Below are positions 1-8,268 of a stretch of DNA of 25,798 nt, piece after piece. Numbering within the stretch: position 1 is the first letter of the stretch; every line of letters begins with the position of its first letter. A program made the position numbers and the translations under genes. The stretch comes from a virus: the IMG/VR virus record IMGVR_UViG_3300002821_000230; one strand, 5' to 3'. The notes below the pieces were generated by a model. The model ran no database searches, had not been told where the DNA came from, and saw only the letters and a list, made by a program, of their open reading frames with translations.

Positions 1-2
1 TC

Positions 3-149
3 CTTGCCTGTATCACAATCCTGCCACTGCTTTCCCAGTTCGGGATCCCGACATGGCTCGGCATGATCATCCAGGGCCCGATCTGGCTTGTGACCATCTG
101 GGGACTGTATCAGTTCCGCAGCGGCTACCAGACGCAGGGGATGGACTGA
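3..149 (+). CDS. C-terminal part of a small membrane protein (5'-partial; probably continues the ORF starting at 25603)
   Basis: Open frame LACITILPLLSQFGIPTWLGMIIQGPIWLVTIWGLYQFRSGYQTQGMD; stop TGA 147-149 overlaps ATG 149 of next gene. Confidence 0.75.
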   Translation, partial: LACITILPLLSQFGIPTWLGMIIQGPIWLVTIWGLYQFRSGYQTQGMD

Positions 150-1897
150 TGAGGCGCCCCGCCCTCGCCCTCCTCCTCGGCTGCCTCCTGCTCGTCGCGG
201 GAGTCTCGGCGCTCGACGGCTACGAATATTACCAGACGATCGAGTACGCCGCCTGCGACCAGGAAGTCTACCAGCAGGACATCGTGATCCACCGCACCAC
301 CGGCACCGCCTACAACGAGACCGCCGGCGGGCTGGAGACCTGGCATATCTATGTCGGGGACCACTGCCGGGAGGATTACGGCGATGTCCGGTTCACCGAC
401 AGCACCGGGGCAGAGCTCGCGTATTATCTCTGGCCGGACTGTACAAGCAGCAGCGCCCGGTTCTGTGTGCGGTTAGAGGGGGCGGATGCGGCCGGGTCGC
501 TGTTCATCTGGTATGGGAACCCGACGGCAACGACGACGAGCGACGGGGATGCGGCGTATCTGTTTTTTGATACATTTGATGGAGATGCTTTAAACTCAAA
601 TAAATGGACAGATTCAGGAAATTCCGGGGAGGTTACAGTTACTAATGGGGAGGCTGTACTGCGTGCGGCTGCCGCCAGTGCAACTTATTACAATCGTTAT
701 ATAACGTCTAAGTCCTCGTTTAGTGGACTCGGAAACATCTCCGTTGAGATCAAAGCCCGGGTTAATCTCAATGGGGCCAATAGGTATGGATCAAGTGTCG
801 CTGCTGGTCGTTCGGATAGATCTTACTACGCGAACGGGGTCTACGGGGCATCTCATAGATTTTCGTATTCAAATACTAAATACTGGTTTGCAGACGGTAC
901 ATCCCTTGCCTCCTCGGTGACCGCGACAAACAACGTAGTATATCGATTTGATATTTACCAGTCCGGGACTCGAGCAGATTATTACGCAGACGGCGTCCGG
1001 GCGTATCAGGGCGAGACCATTACTTTTAGTTCGTTTCCCTATATCGAGCTGTACATCTCAACCTGGGACGCAGGAAACAATCCGAAACTCCACATCGACT
1101 ACGCCCTCGTCCGCGCCTACAGCGCCACCCCGCCCGCTGCCACCGATTTCTCTGGCGAACAGGAAACCCAGGGCCCGCCCATCGTCGGCTTCACCGCAAC
1201 TCCCACCGTCGGCCTTGCCCCGCTAACCGTCCAGTTCAACGACACGTCGCTCCGCAGCCCGACCTCGTGGACCTGGGACTTTGGCGACGGCAGCACTTCA
1301 ACCGACCAGAACCCGGAACACACATACACCGCAGCAGGCACATATTCCGTCAACCTCACCGTCACCAACGAGTACGGCACCGAGTATAAACTAAAACCAG
1401 ACTACATCACCGTCTACAGCCCCGTTACGGCACAGTTCATGGCCGACGTGACTTATGGAGCCCTCCCGCTAACCGTCCAGTTCACTGACGCCTCATCAGG
1501 CAGCCCGACCTCGTGGACCTGGGACTTTGGCGACGGCAACACTTCAACCGACCAGAACCCGGAACACACATACACCTCCACAGGCACATATACCGTAAAA
1601 CTCATCGCGAGCCATCCATATGACTCCGACGAAGAGACAAAAGTCAACTATATCACCGTCGTGACGCTTCAGCCGTTCCCAGGCTGCAGCAGCAACCCGA
1701 CAGACCCAGACTCAGACGGCCTGTATGAAGACATCAACGGCAACGGCCGGTGGGATTTCCAGGATCTCGTCCTGTTTTTCCAGCATCTCACGTGGTGCAA
1801 CGCGAACCAGCCGATCACCCTGTTTGACTGGAACAGCAACTTTAGATGTGATTTTGATGACGTTCACAAACTGTGGCTGGATGGGGGGATGATATGA
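149..1897 (+). CDS. Secreted adhesin: signal peptide, DUF2341-like domain, lectin-like variable domain, 2x PKD, C-terminal dockerin
   Basis: Start corrected to ATG149 (TGATG overlap, MRRPALALLL signal peptide); DYGDVRFTD..LAYY..WYGNP..SDG..FFDTF; two PKD repeats (LTVQFxD..SPTSWTWDFGDG..NPEHTY..GTYxVxL); EF-hand-like dockerin DPDSDGLYEDINGNGRWDFQD...DWNSNFRCDFDD (about 1697-1885). Confidence 0.88.
   Translation: MRRPALALLLGCLLLVAGVSALDGYEYYQTIEYAACDQEVYQQDIVIHRTTGTAYNETAGGLETWHIYVGDHCREDYGDVRFTDSTGAELAYYLWPDCTSSSARFCVRLEGADAAGSLFIWYGNPTATTTSDGDAAYLFFDTFDGDALNSNKWTDSGNSGEVTVTNGEAVLRAAAASATYYNRYITSKSSFSGLGNISVEIKARVNLNGANRYGSSVAAGRSDRSYYANGVYGASHRFSYSNTKYWFADGTSLASSVTATNNVVYRFDIYQSGTRADYYADGVRAYQGETITFSSFPYIELYISTWDAGNNPKLHIDYALVRAYSATPPAATDFSGEQETQGPPIVGFTATPTVGLAPLTVQFNDTSLRSPTSWTWDFGDGSTSTDQNPEHTYTAAGTYSVNLTVTNEYGTEYKLKPDYITVYSPVTAQFMADVTYGALPLTVQFTDASSGSPTSWTWDFGDGNTSTDQNPEHTYTSTGTYTVKLIASHPYDSDEETKVNYITVVTLQPFPGCSSNPTDPDSDGLYEDINGNGRWDFQDLVLFFQHLTWCNANQPITLFDWNSNFRCDFDDVHKLWLDGGMI
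1255..1576 (+). repeat. 76-bp direct repeat pair (1255-1330 and 1501-1576) in the PKD domains
   Basis: 75/76 identical by eye; single G/A difference at 1293/1539; offset 246 nt (82 codons). Confidence 0.9.
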
Positions 1898-2715
1898 GAC
1901 GGCAGGCTCTCGTCCTCGTCGCCCTCCTCCTCCTTGTAGGGATCGCCGCTGCGGACACTCTCACGATCCCGGACGCGGCCCCGTACCAGAACCAGCAGGT
2001 GACCGTTCCCGTAGCACTCACGGCAGCAAACGGGTTGAGTGGTTACAACATCACGTTTTCGGTAGATAACTCGTCCGTGGCACGGATTGATAGCGTAACC
2101 TTCCCGGCCTGGGTCACCCTACACTCGGCCTCGACGACACCGGGCACGACCGTCACCACTGTGGGCGCGGACCTCGGCAACGCCGTCACCGCCCCGGCGA
2201 GCACGACGATCGTCTCCCTGGTGGTGCAGGGTCTCGCGCTCGGCTCGGCAAACCTGACCGCGACCGTCAACCAGATTGATGACGATGCCGGGGGCTCCGT
2301 CACCCCGACGATCAGCTCCGGCACGATCACCGTATCGAGCTCTATCCGGCCCCGGGCCTCCGCGACCATCCCCACGCTCTCAACCGACCTCAAAGACGAC
2401 CTGATCAACTCGCTTGGCGGCGAGACCATCCCGGAGCCTGGCAACGATACAATCAACTGGACGGGACTGATCTCAACCATTGGCGGTGCCTACACATCCG
2501 CGTTAGGTCCGCTTGCGTATACCCTGATCTTCTCGATCCCGTTCCTGATGATGTGGATCACTCAACGGGACATGACATTACCCGGTCTTGTCGGGGCATT
2601 GTTAGGGCTGTTTATAATCGTGCGGTTACCTGCCGAGTTTCATCTGGTCGCCGTGACATTCATCGCGATCAGTATTGTGGCAGTGGTATATTCGCTGGTA
2701 AAGGAGAGGGTGTAA
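1894..2715 (+). CDS. Membrane-anchored cohesin-domain protein (signal peptide, cohesin, C-terminal approx. 3 TM segments)
   Basis: ATG1894 overlaps upstream TGA; MRRQALVLVALLLLVGIAAA signal; archaeal cohesin pattern VTVPV..GLSGYNIT..VARIDSVTFPAW..ADL..IDDDAG..GTITV (about 1954-2334); hydrophobic C-terminus. Confidence 0.8.
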   Translation: MRRQALVLVALLLLVGIAAADTLTIPDAAPYQNQQVTVPVALTAANGLSGYNITFSVDNSSVARIDSVTFPAWVTLHSASTTPGTTVTTVGADLGNAVTAPASTTIVSLVVQGLALGSANLTATVNQIDDDAGGSVTPTISSGTITVSSSIRPRASATIPTLSTDLKDDLINSLGGETIPEPGNDTINWTGLISTIGGAYTSALGPLAYTLIFSIPFLMMWITQRDMTLPGLVGALLGLFIIVRLPAEFHLVAVTFIAISIVAVVYSLVKERV

Positions 2716-2718
2716 ACA

Positions 2719-2874
2719 ATGGATAAAGGCCGATGCCGGATAGTTATATACAACGAGTGGAACCGAAAAGAGTATAACACCGGGCTGAAACAGATTGAAG
2801 ACGCCATAACCGAAATGAACGACTATATCGAGACCAAATACTTTGGTCGGAGGTTCAGTGATGATCACCGTTGA
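2719..2874 (+). CDS. Small hypothetical protein (51 aa)
   Basis: MDKGRCRIVIYNEWNRKEYNTGLKQIEDAITEMNDYIETKYFGRRFSDDHR; GAGAGGG upstream; fills the gap between two genes. Confidence 0.45.
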   Translation: MDKGRCRIVIYNEWNRKEYNTGLKQIEDAITEMNDYIETKYFGRRFSDDHR

Positions 2875-3262
2875 GATCTATATCTTCCTTGCTGCCGTGG
2901 TCGCGGCCGCGTTCGTCTATATATTCCTCGATCTTGACAACCGGCTGTATGGCAACCTGTTTGCTGCCGGTTTTGCAGGAATCATGTCAGGGCTCCTGGC
3001 GCTCTGGAGTTTTAACGAGAACACCGTCACCATAACCACTGTGCCGGGAGCTGCCATTGCCGTGCAACACTATCTTAACGATACCCTCGCCAACGTCACC
3101 ACCACATACGCATACCAGACGCATATCGTCCCGATAGTCGATCCGGCACTCGGTTACTTCTGGATGCTGGTTATGGTATTTATGTGGTTCCTGGTCGGGT
3201 ATTTCGTCCTGGAGATCCTGCATGAGAGCCGGATGCCTGATGACGAGGAGGCATACGAATGA
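2861..3262 (+). CDS. Membrane protein, about 3 TM segments, putative virion component
   Basis: ATG2861 with GGAGG RBS; hydrophobic segments; NDT/NVT sequons in the loop. Confidence 0.75.
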   Translation: MITVEIYIFLAAVVAAAFVYIFLDLDNRLYGNLFAAGFAGIMSGLLALWSFNENTVTITTVPGAAIAVQHYLNDTLANVTTTYAYQTHIVPIVDPALGYFWMLVMVFMWFLVGYFVLEILHESRMPDDEEAYE

Positions 3263-3522
3263 GCAGGGGTCGTCGTGTCCCAAAAGCGATCATAATGATC
3301 CTGCCACTCATGTTTATCCTGGCACTGGTGATGCTCCTCCCCGCGATCGCGGGCAGTGCCGAGGCGGAGCACAACATCACGGCGCTTGAGCACAGCGAGG
3401 GTGCTGCGGGAGCTATGAACCTCCTCCTCGTCGGAGACATGATCCTGCCGGTTCTTGCGCTCCTCGTCGGTCTTGCGATCCTGCTGGTCGGTGTTGGATT
3501 CTTCCGCCGTGGAAACTACTGA
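3259..3522 (+). CDS. Two-helix hairpin membrane protein, candidate minor capsid protein
   Basis: 87 aa: basic N-terminus, hydrophobic helix, polar linker with NIT sequon, second hydrophobic helix, basic C-terminus. Confidence 0.6.
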   Translation: MSRGRRVPKAIIMILPLMFILALVMLLPAIAGSAEAEHNITALEHSEGAAGAMNLLLVGDMILPVLALLVGLAILLVGVGFFRRGNY

Positions 3523-3523
3523 T

Positions 3524-3545
3524 AATAAGGTATAAATAATAATGC
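3524..3545 (+). promoter_or_regulatory. Strong archaeal promoter (TATAAATA at 3531-3538) upstream of the capsid-like gene
   Basis: ATAATAAGGTATAAATAATAATG in an AT-rich gap within GC-rich DNA. Confidence 0.7.
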
Positions 3546-3576
3546 CACGAATAAACCTCATACCGAGGTGAAAGAA

Positions 3577-3858
3577 TTGGCAAGACGCAGAGAAGTCAAC
3601 CCGATGAACCTGATCATCGCAATCGCGATCGGTATCCTGACCCTGATCGCGGTATTCTCGGTGATCCCGGTGGTCGGTGGATCGATCGACAACGCAATGC
3701 CCGATGTTGGTGACACCTCAGAGTGGAACACCACAAACAACCCGGATCTCCCCAGCGGTGCCAGCATGTGGACGCAGCTCGGGCCGCTGCTTGTGCTCGC
3801 AGTCCTCGCGATGGTGATCGGCCTGGTGATCATGTACTTCCGGAACGCCGCAGGATAA
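3577..3858 (+). CDS. Putative major capsid protein of spindle-shaped virus type (SSV1 VP1 / His1 MCP-like architecture)
   Basis: Likely TTG start 6 nt after GAGGTG (track start GTG3568); NLIIAIAIGILTLIAVFSVIPVVGG helix, linker with NTT sequon, LGPLLVLAVLAMVIGLVIMYF helix; own strong promoter. Confidence 0.7.
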   Translation: MARRREVNPMNLIIAIAIGILTLIAVFSVIPVVGGSIDNAMPDVGDTSEWNTTNNPDLPSGASMWTQLGPLLVLAVLAMVIGLVIMYFRNAAG

Positions 3859-3937
3859 GGCGGATTTCATGAAAATACAGATCAACCGGGGGCAAAGGGG
3901 GTCAAACCCCTTACCCTCTTTCCTATCAAGGTGATTT

Positions 3938-4459
3938 ATGGCAGACGATCCCTCTAACTTTGCCGGTGACGGCATTGACACGCCCGAACCGCCCCAGGCA
4001 TCCCGACTGTACTCGGATGACCAGATATACAACTCCTTCTTATACAAGGCCCGGCTCATCGAGACGGATTATCTGCCGGCACTGGTAGAGGCTGCCTGGA
4101 AAGCACCGCTAACGATGTCGGCGAAGAAGACGCTGTCAACGATATTTTTGGGGTTGTTTGAGAAGTCGGTCGTGCTTGCCAGGGAGAAGGATATTGATGT
4201 CTCACTCTGGGAGGCAGAGATCATGGTGCTGTCTGCCACACAGAGTTTCACATCATACGACCTTGACCGGCCAGAACTCCAGGTGATCATCAACTCGGCA
4301 CTTGAACACTACAAGAAATTTATCAGCAGGTCAAAGGACGGGTGGGAACGCGAATTGCAGAACAGGATTGAGACGTCGAACAAAACCGAGAACGTGCAAC
4401 GGATTGTGGCACCAAAACCTCCGAAACGGGGGTTCCTATCGATTTTTGGAGGTAAATAG
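3938..4459 (+). CDS. Hypothetical protein, morphogenesis block
   Basis: 173 aa ORF, GGTGA RBS, C-terminal amphipathic tail RGFLSIFGGK. Confidence 0.8.
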   Translation: MADDPSNFAGDGIDTPEPPQASRLYSDDQIYNSFLYKARLIETDYLPALVEAAWKAPLTMSAKKTLSTIFLGLFEKSVVLAREKDIDVSLWEAEIMVLSATQSFTSYDLDRPELQVIINSALEHYKKFISRSKDGWERELQNRIETSNKTENVQRIVAPKPPKRGFLSIFGGK

Positions 4460-4461
4460 GC

Positions 4462-5304
4462 ATGGGCGTATCAATACCGATAGAATATCTCTATCTCACG
4501 GTAGGATTACTTGTCGTCGCCGTGATCTACATAATAAACAACCGGAACAACACCAGGCTCTACAACCCGGAGGGCCCGCTGTTTATCAAGGCGCGGAAAA
4601 AGGAGATTCCACTTCTGCGAGTTATCGATCCCGGCACCAACCACGCGCGGCACGTCCTGGGAGACAAGGAACGGGACGACGATCCGGTCTATGCCAAGGA
4701 CATGTGGGGATTGCACGCGGACCCGGCATATATCGAGGGAGATGCGTCTCCTGAGAGGCATCCCGGTGGGCTGCTCATCTACAACATATCCCCGAACGTG
4801 ACATTCCCGATATCGCCGAGGAACGTTCTCGCGCAGCATACTATTCTACGGCACCGCCGGGATCTACCGGAGTTCGCGGAACTCGATTTCCTCAGCGACC
4901 GCGACCTTCTGGTGCTTCTCAGCTCGCCCGCGGATCATCTGCCTCACGATGCCCAGATCTTCACCGACAACTACAAACCCACGATAGTCGAGATCGACGA
5001 GTCCGGGCAGCCGGTCGAGGTTGAGATGAACGCGGCCGATCTGGTGGAACGGATCACGGCGTTCAAGAAATACGCGACCACGCTGCCGGTTGAGGGCGGT
5101 GGGTTTGCGTATCACGAGTATTTCCGGAACAATCCCTACGGCCACAGTTCGCAGACCACGCAAAGAATCAATTATCTGTTCCAGAAGATCGCCGACCGCA
5201 AATCGGCAATGGCAGACAAGTTGTGGACATACGGTCTGATTGCGATCGGGTTGCTGGGTGCCGTGGGCGTGACAATCTATATCATCAGTCTGGCGGCAGG
5301 GTGA
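4462..5304 (+). CDS. Membrane protein with N- and C-terminal TM helices
   Basis: 280 aa; hydrophobic LYLTVGLLVVAVIYII and LWTYGLIAIGLLGAVGVTIYIISL; operon spacing. Confidence 0.8.
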   Translation: MGVSIPIEYLYLTVGLLVVAVIYIINNRNNTRLYNPEGPLFIKARKKEIPLLRVIDPGTNHARHVLGDKERDDDPVYAKDMWGLHADPAYIEGDASPERHPGGLLIYNISPNVTFPISPRNVLAQHTILRHRRDLPEFAELDFLSDRDLLVLLSSPADHLPHDAQIFTDNYKPTIVEIDESGQPVEVEMNAADLVERITAFKKYATTLPVEGGGFAYHEYFRNNPYGHSSQTTQRINYLFQKIADRKSAMADKLWTYGLIAIGLLGAVGVTIYIISLAAG

Positions 5305-5308
5305 TGCC

Positions 5309-5656
5309 ATGGATATGGATGAGAATCGCACCATTCCAGGCATTATCGAGACCGTATATCTGGAGACCGTGCACCAGACCGCCGAGGCACTCAAATACCT
5401 GCATGCTCCAACGGGACCCCTGAAACAGAGGATACTCAATCTTACTGTCCCGTTTTATGAATTGTATCAACACACCCATCATATACCCGCCGTTGCCGAG
5501 GTTATGGAGAACGACGGCACCAAAACGGCGGAACTTGATAACTGGTTTTTCACGACGAGATACTCACCAGATGCCCTGAAACGCGGGATAGCTTTATTCT
5601 CCTGGTATCAAAAGATACTCCTGGAATCGAGGGTGATAACAATTGAGAGGCAGTAG
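5309..5656 (+). CDS. Hypothetical protein
   Basis: 115 aa, GGGTGA upstream, in operon. Confidence 0.75.
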   Translation: MDMDENRTIPGIIETVYLETVHQTAEALKYLHAPTGPLKQRILNLTVPFYELYQHTHHIPAVAEVMENDGTKTAELDNWFFTTRYSPDALKRGIALFSWYQKILLESRVITIERQ

Positions 5657-6125
5657 AGGCAACACCAACGACACGATCAGCGCTGGAGCCGCGGCAAACA
5701 TCGACGACACCCCCAAGGTGTTTGCCGGGCGAAGCGGGATCGATCTATACCTGGCACACATCCTGTTTTCCCTGAACCGGTGGGACTGGATGATTTCAAA
5801 TCTCACAAACACCGGGGATATCAGGATCGTGCCGTTCGCGCGGACGATCATCAGCAAACTGCCTGACAAAGACGTGAAAGTGAAGCTCTTCAAGGCCCTT
5901 AACTCGGACATCCTGGCAGTGAAAAACACCCCCAACAGGTCAACCATCGACAAGGACCAGAAGATACTGGAGATCTGCCAGAACGCGATCTCGGTGGTCT
6001 ATGATCACGTGATCAGGGAGTATGTGCTGAGAGAGACTACTGTTATTCTGCCGATGACACAGGATCCAACCGAGGAGGACGACACAGATGCCGATAGTGT
6101 ACAGACGCCCGACTCAGACGATTGA
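5643..6125 (+). CDS. Hypothetical protein with acidic tail
   Basis: 160 aa, TTG start after GAGGGTGA, overlaps both neighbours. Confidence 0.65.
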   Translation: MRGSRGNTNDTISAGAAANIDDTPKVFAGRSGIDLYLAHILFSLNRWDWMISNLTNTGDIRIVPFARTIISKLPDKDVKVKLFKALNSDILAVKNTPNRSTIDKDQKILEICQNAISVVYDHVIREYVLRETTVILPMTQDPTEEDDTDADSVQTPDSDD

Positions 6126-7179
6126 TCCACTGTATTCCGAGCCAGAACCATCGTCCTCGCTGCAATGGGACATGGTTGCCGACCGGTATGCCGCGCTCTG
6201 TAGCAATTCCAATGGTAATGCCGGTGGCGAACTGAAATTCAGTTCTCTCGCAGAGATGCTTGCCCGGCGTGTGTGCTCTAAATACAACAAAAACGTGATC
6301 TTTGCCATGTTCGGGGAACCAGGCAGCGGCAAATCTATGGCCGCCCTGAGTCTGGCAGAAAGTTGTGCGAAATGGATTGCCAGGTTCCGCGGCGGCAAGC
6401 CTGAAGACTATTTCACGCTCGACAACGTGGCAGTGATACACCCCATAATGTTGCAGGACATGGTCAAGCGCATGCAGAGCCACAATATTTACATCCTTGA
6501 TGATGCGGGTGCCGCATATGACGCCCGAAATTACATGAAACAGGACAACAAGGCTCTGGGATACGTGCTCCAGACGTTTCGGACCTTAAACTCGATCCTG
6601 ATCGTGACAGGCGTTGACGGGGCGATGCTGGATGTCAATCTTCACCGCACCGCGCGGTATTATGCCGAGGTCAGTGAATCACACCACGATCTCGGTTACA
6701 CTGACGTGAAGGTTTTCCGGGCACTCCGGAAGTATCGGCAAAAAACCGTTCATTACAGGTATCTGAACCAGAATATGACGCAGATCATTCGGTATCGAGC
6801 GTATCTGCCAAGCAAGGATCTCATCGAGCCGTATGAGGCGCTCCGGAAAGAGCAGGCGCTCCTGATCCAGACGATGGAAGACCAGGCAGAGAAGAAGAAA
6901 CAGGAGGATCTGAAAAAGCAGCAGGAGGCAAGGGAACAGGAGAAGATCCGGAAACAGGAGGAACTGAGGGAGAAAAAGAGACAGAGGAAACCAGGAGGCG
7001 TTTTACTCACATGCCAAATATGTGGGCATGAGTGGAACTACAAAGGCAAGAAGGTCAAGAATGCCACCTGTCCTGACTGCTCTAGTAAGGTGCCAATCAA
7101 CGGTTACCAGCGCACTGAAGGCTCCACCACCACCAGAACTATTATCCCTACCACCACAGAGGTACCGTCTAGCTGTTAA
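6088..7179 (+). CDS. P-loop ATPase (Zot/AAA-like; candidate packaging or extrusion ATPase) with coiled coil and C-terminal Zn ribbon
   Basis: Walker A GEPGSGKS, Walker B IYILDD; K/E/Q-rich coil; CQIC...CPDC; GAGGAGG RBS. Confidence 0.85.
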   Translation: MPIVYRRPTQTIDPLYSEPEPSSSLQWDMVADRYAALCSNSNGNAGGELKFSSLAEMLARRVCSKYNKNVIFAMFGEPGSGKSMAALSLAESCAKWIARFRGGKPEDYFTLDNVAVIHPIMLQDMVKRMQSHNIYILDDAGAAYDARNYMKQDNKALGYVLQTFRTLNSILIVTGVDGAMLDVNLHRTARYYAEVSESHHDLGYTDVKVFRALRKYRQKTVHYRYLNQNMTQIIRYRAYLPSKDLIEPYEALRKEQALLIQTMEDQAEKKKQEDLKKQQEAREQEKIRKQEELREKKRQRKPGGVLLTCQICGHEWNYKGKKVKNATCPDCSSKVPINGYQRTEGSTTTRTIIPTTTEVPSSC

Positions 7180-7257
7180 AGGCAAACGTCGGCATCTGTT
7201 TGTCATGGAATGGAGGAATACGATATGTTAATAACACCGCACGAGGTATAGTCTCTC

Positions 7258-7533
7258 ATGAATGATGACGGCGTCGCCTGGTCGTTTGTGATGGTCGTGC
7301 TCGCTCTGCTTGTCCTGGCAGGCCTGTGGATTGTAATGACGCCGTTCGCCGGGTATTTTGTCGACCTGATGAACGAGAGGATCGCGGCGGGCACGGTCTC
7401 GGCGCAGACGGCAGACGCTTTTGAATTCAACGTTACAATATTCACCTACTGGCCGGCGTTTGCCCTCGGTGCGTTATTCCTGTTCTCGATTATCAGGGCA
7501 CTGTACGAGCGGAGGGTCAATCCTTATGACTAA
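7258..7533 (+). CDS. Two-helix hairpin membrane protein
   Basis: 91 aa; two hydrophobic helices with NVT sequon in linker. Confidence 0.75.
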   Translation: MNDDGVAWSFVMVVLALLVLAGLWIVMTPFAGYFVDLMNERIAAGTVSAQTADAFEFNVTIFTYWPAFALGALFLFSIIRALYERRVNPYD

Positions 7534-7837
7534 TTTCTGGACGGCGTATACCGGATGCCTGATCGGGCTCGTTCTGATCTTCTCCGGGATCATGCTCTCG
7601 TTCTGCGGCGGGATTGTTCTGGACGCGATGAGCGACGCATTCGTCGGGGCCGGGCTGGATCAGGGGGTCGGGACGGCATACGACTCGTCCGGAGAGATCA
7701 GTCTGCTCTCCAACCTGTTTTTTGTCCTGTGTTATGCTCTCCCACTGCTCGGCATAGGGATCATGTATGTCACGATCACGCGGCGGATGCGATACGACCA
7801 GCAGCAGCAGGCATATTTCGACGAAAACGATTATTGA
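7526..7837 (+). CDS. Two-helix hairpin membrane protein
   Basis: Start corrected to ATG7526 (GGAGGG RBS, overlaps upstream stop); MTNFWTAYTGCLIGLVLIFSG... two hydrophobic segments. Confidence 0.75.
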   Translation: MTNFWTAYTGCLIGLVLIFSGIMLSFCGGIVLDAMSDAFVGAGLDQGVGTAYDSSGEISLLSNLFFVLCYALPLLGIGIMYVTITRRMRYDQQQQAYFDENDY

Positions 7838-8019
7838 GCCAGATTCGGGCGATCTGGGCTCAAATCATCGAGTATGCGCAGACACGATATAACGGTAGAT
7901 CTCTCTCCCGGACACCCTAACATACCGGGCCGCTCCAGATCGTCGGTCTGAGGGCCATGGGAGAGGTGGTTTCCGGGCTCCGTTTGGTGTGAGCTCGCAT
8001 AGTGCCACAAACCACACAT

Positions 8020-8188
8020 CCGCACGGTCTGCACGGTCCGCGCGGATACTCCGGACCCGACCGGGAGGGGATCCTCACCCCGGACTATCCTGGAGCTGCG
8101 CGATCACCCCGGACCCAGTATAGATTGTGTGATCACCCGGACCCAGTATAGATTGTGTGATCACCCGGACCCGCACGGTCCGCGCGGA
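8020..8188 (+). repeat. Non-coding direct-repeat cluster: 28-bp unit x2.5 flanked by a 16-bp direct repeat
   Basis: GATCACCC(C)GGACCCAGTATAGATTGTGT at 8102-8130 and 8131-8158, partial copy 8159-8172; GCACGGTCCGCGCGGA at 8031-8046 and 8173-8188. Confidence 0.9.
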
Positions 8189-8199
8189 CTACGTAAGCG

Positions 8200-8240
8200 A
8201 TAGTATTATATACATGGATATCCAATAGTATATTGTATCA
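8200..8240 (+). promoter_or_regulatory. Promoter of the accessory gene array with a short palindrome
   Basis: TTATATAC at 8206-8213; CAATA-GTA-TATTG palindrome 8223-8235. Confidence 0.6.
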
Positions 8241-8268
8241 CGGAGAGATACAACAGGAGAAGAGAACC

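Noticed and set aside
53-148. ORF-track N-terminal extension of the 614-aa ORF
   Set aside because: Overlaps the upstream gene in another frame; the signal peptide begins at ATG149
3895-3922. Hairpin AAGGGG-GTCAAA-CCCCTT after the capsid-like gene as a terminator
   Set aside because: Short stem and weak T tract; cannot be supported without 3'-end data
7212-7251. 8-codon ORF with a GGAGG RBS (MLITPHEV)
   Set aside because: Too short to support without ribosome profiling
8102-8172. 28-bp repeats as a CRISPR array
   Set aside because: Units are directly adjacent with no unique spacers, and no cas genes are present
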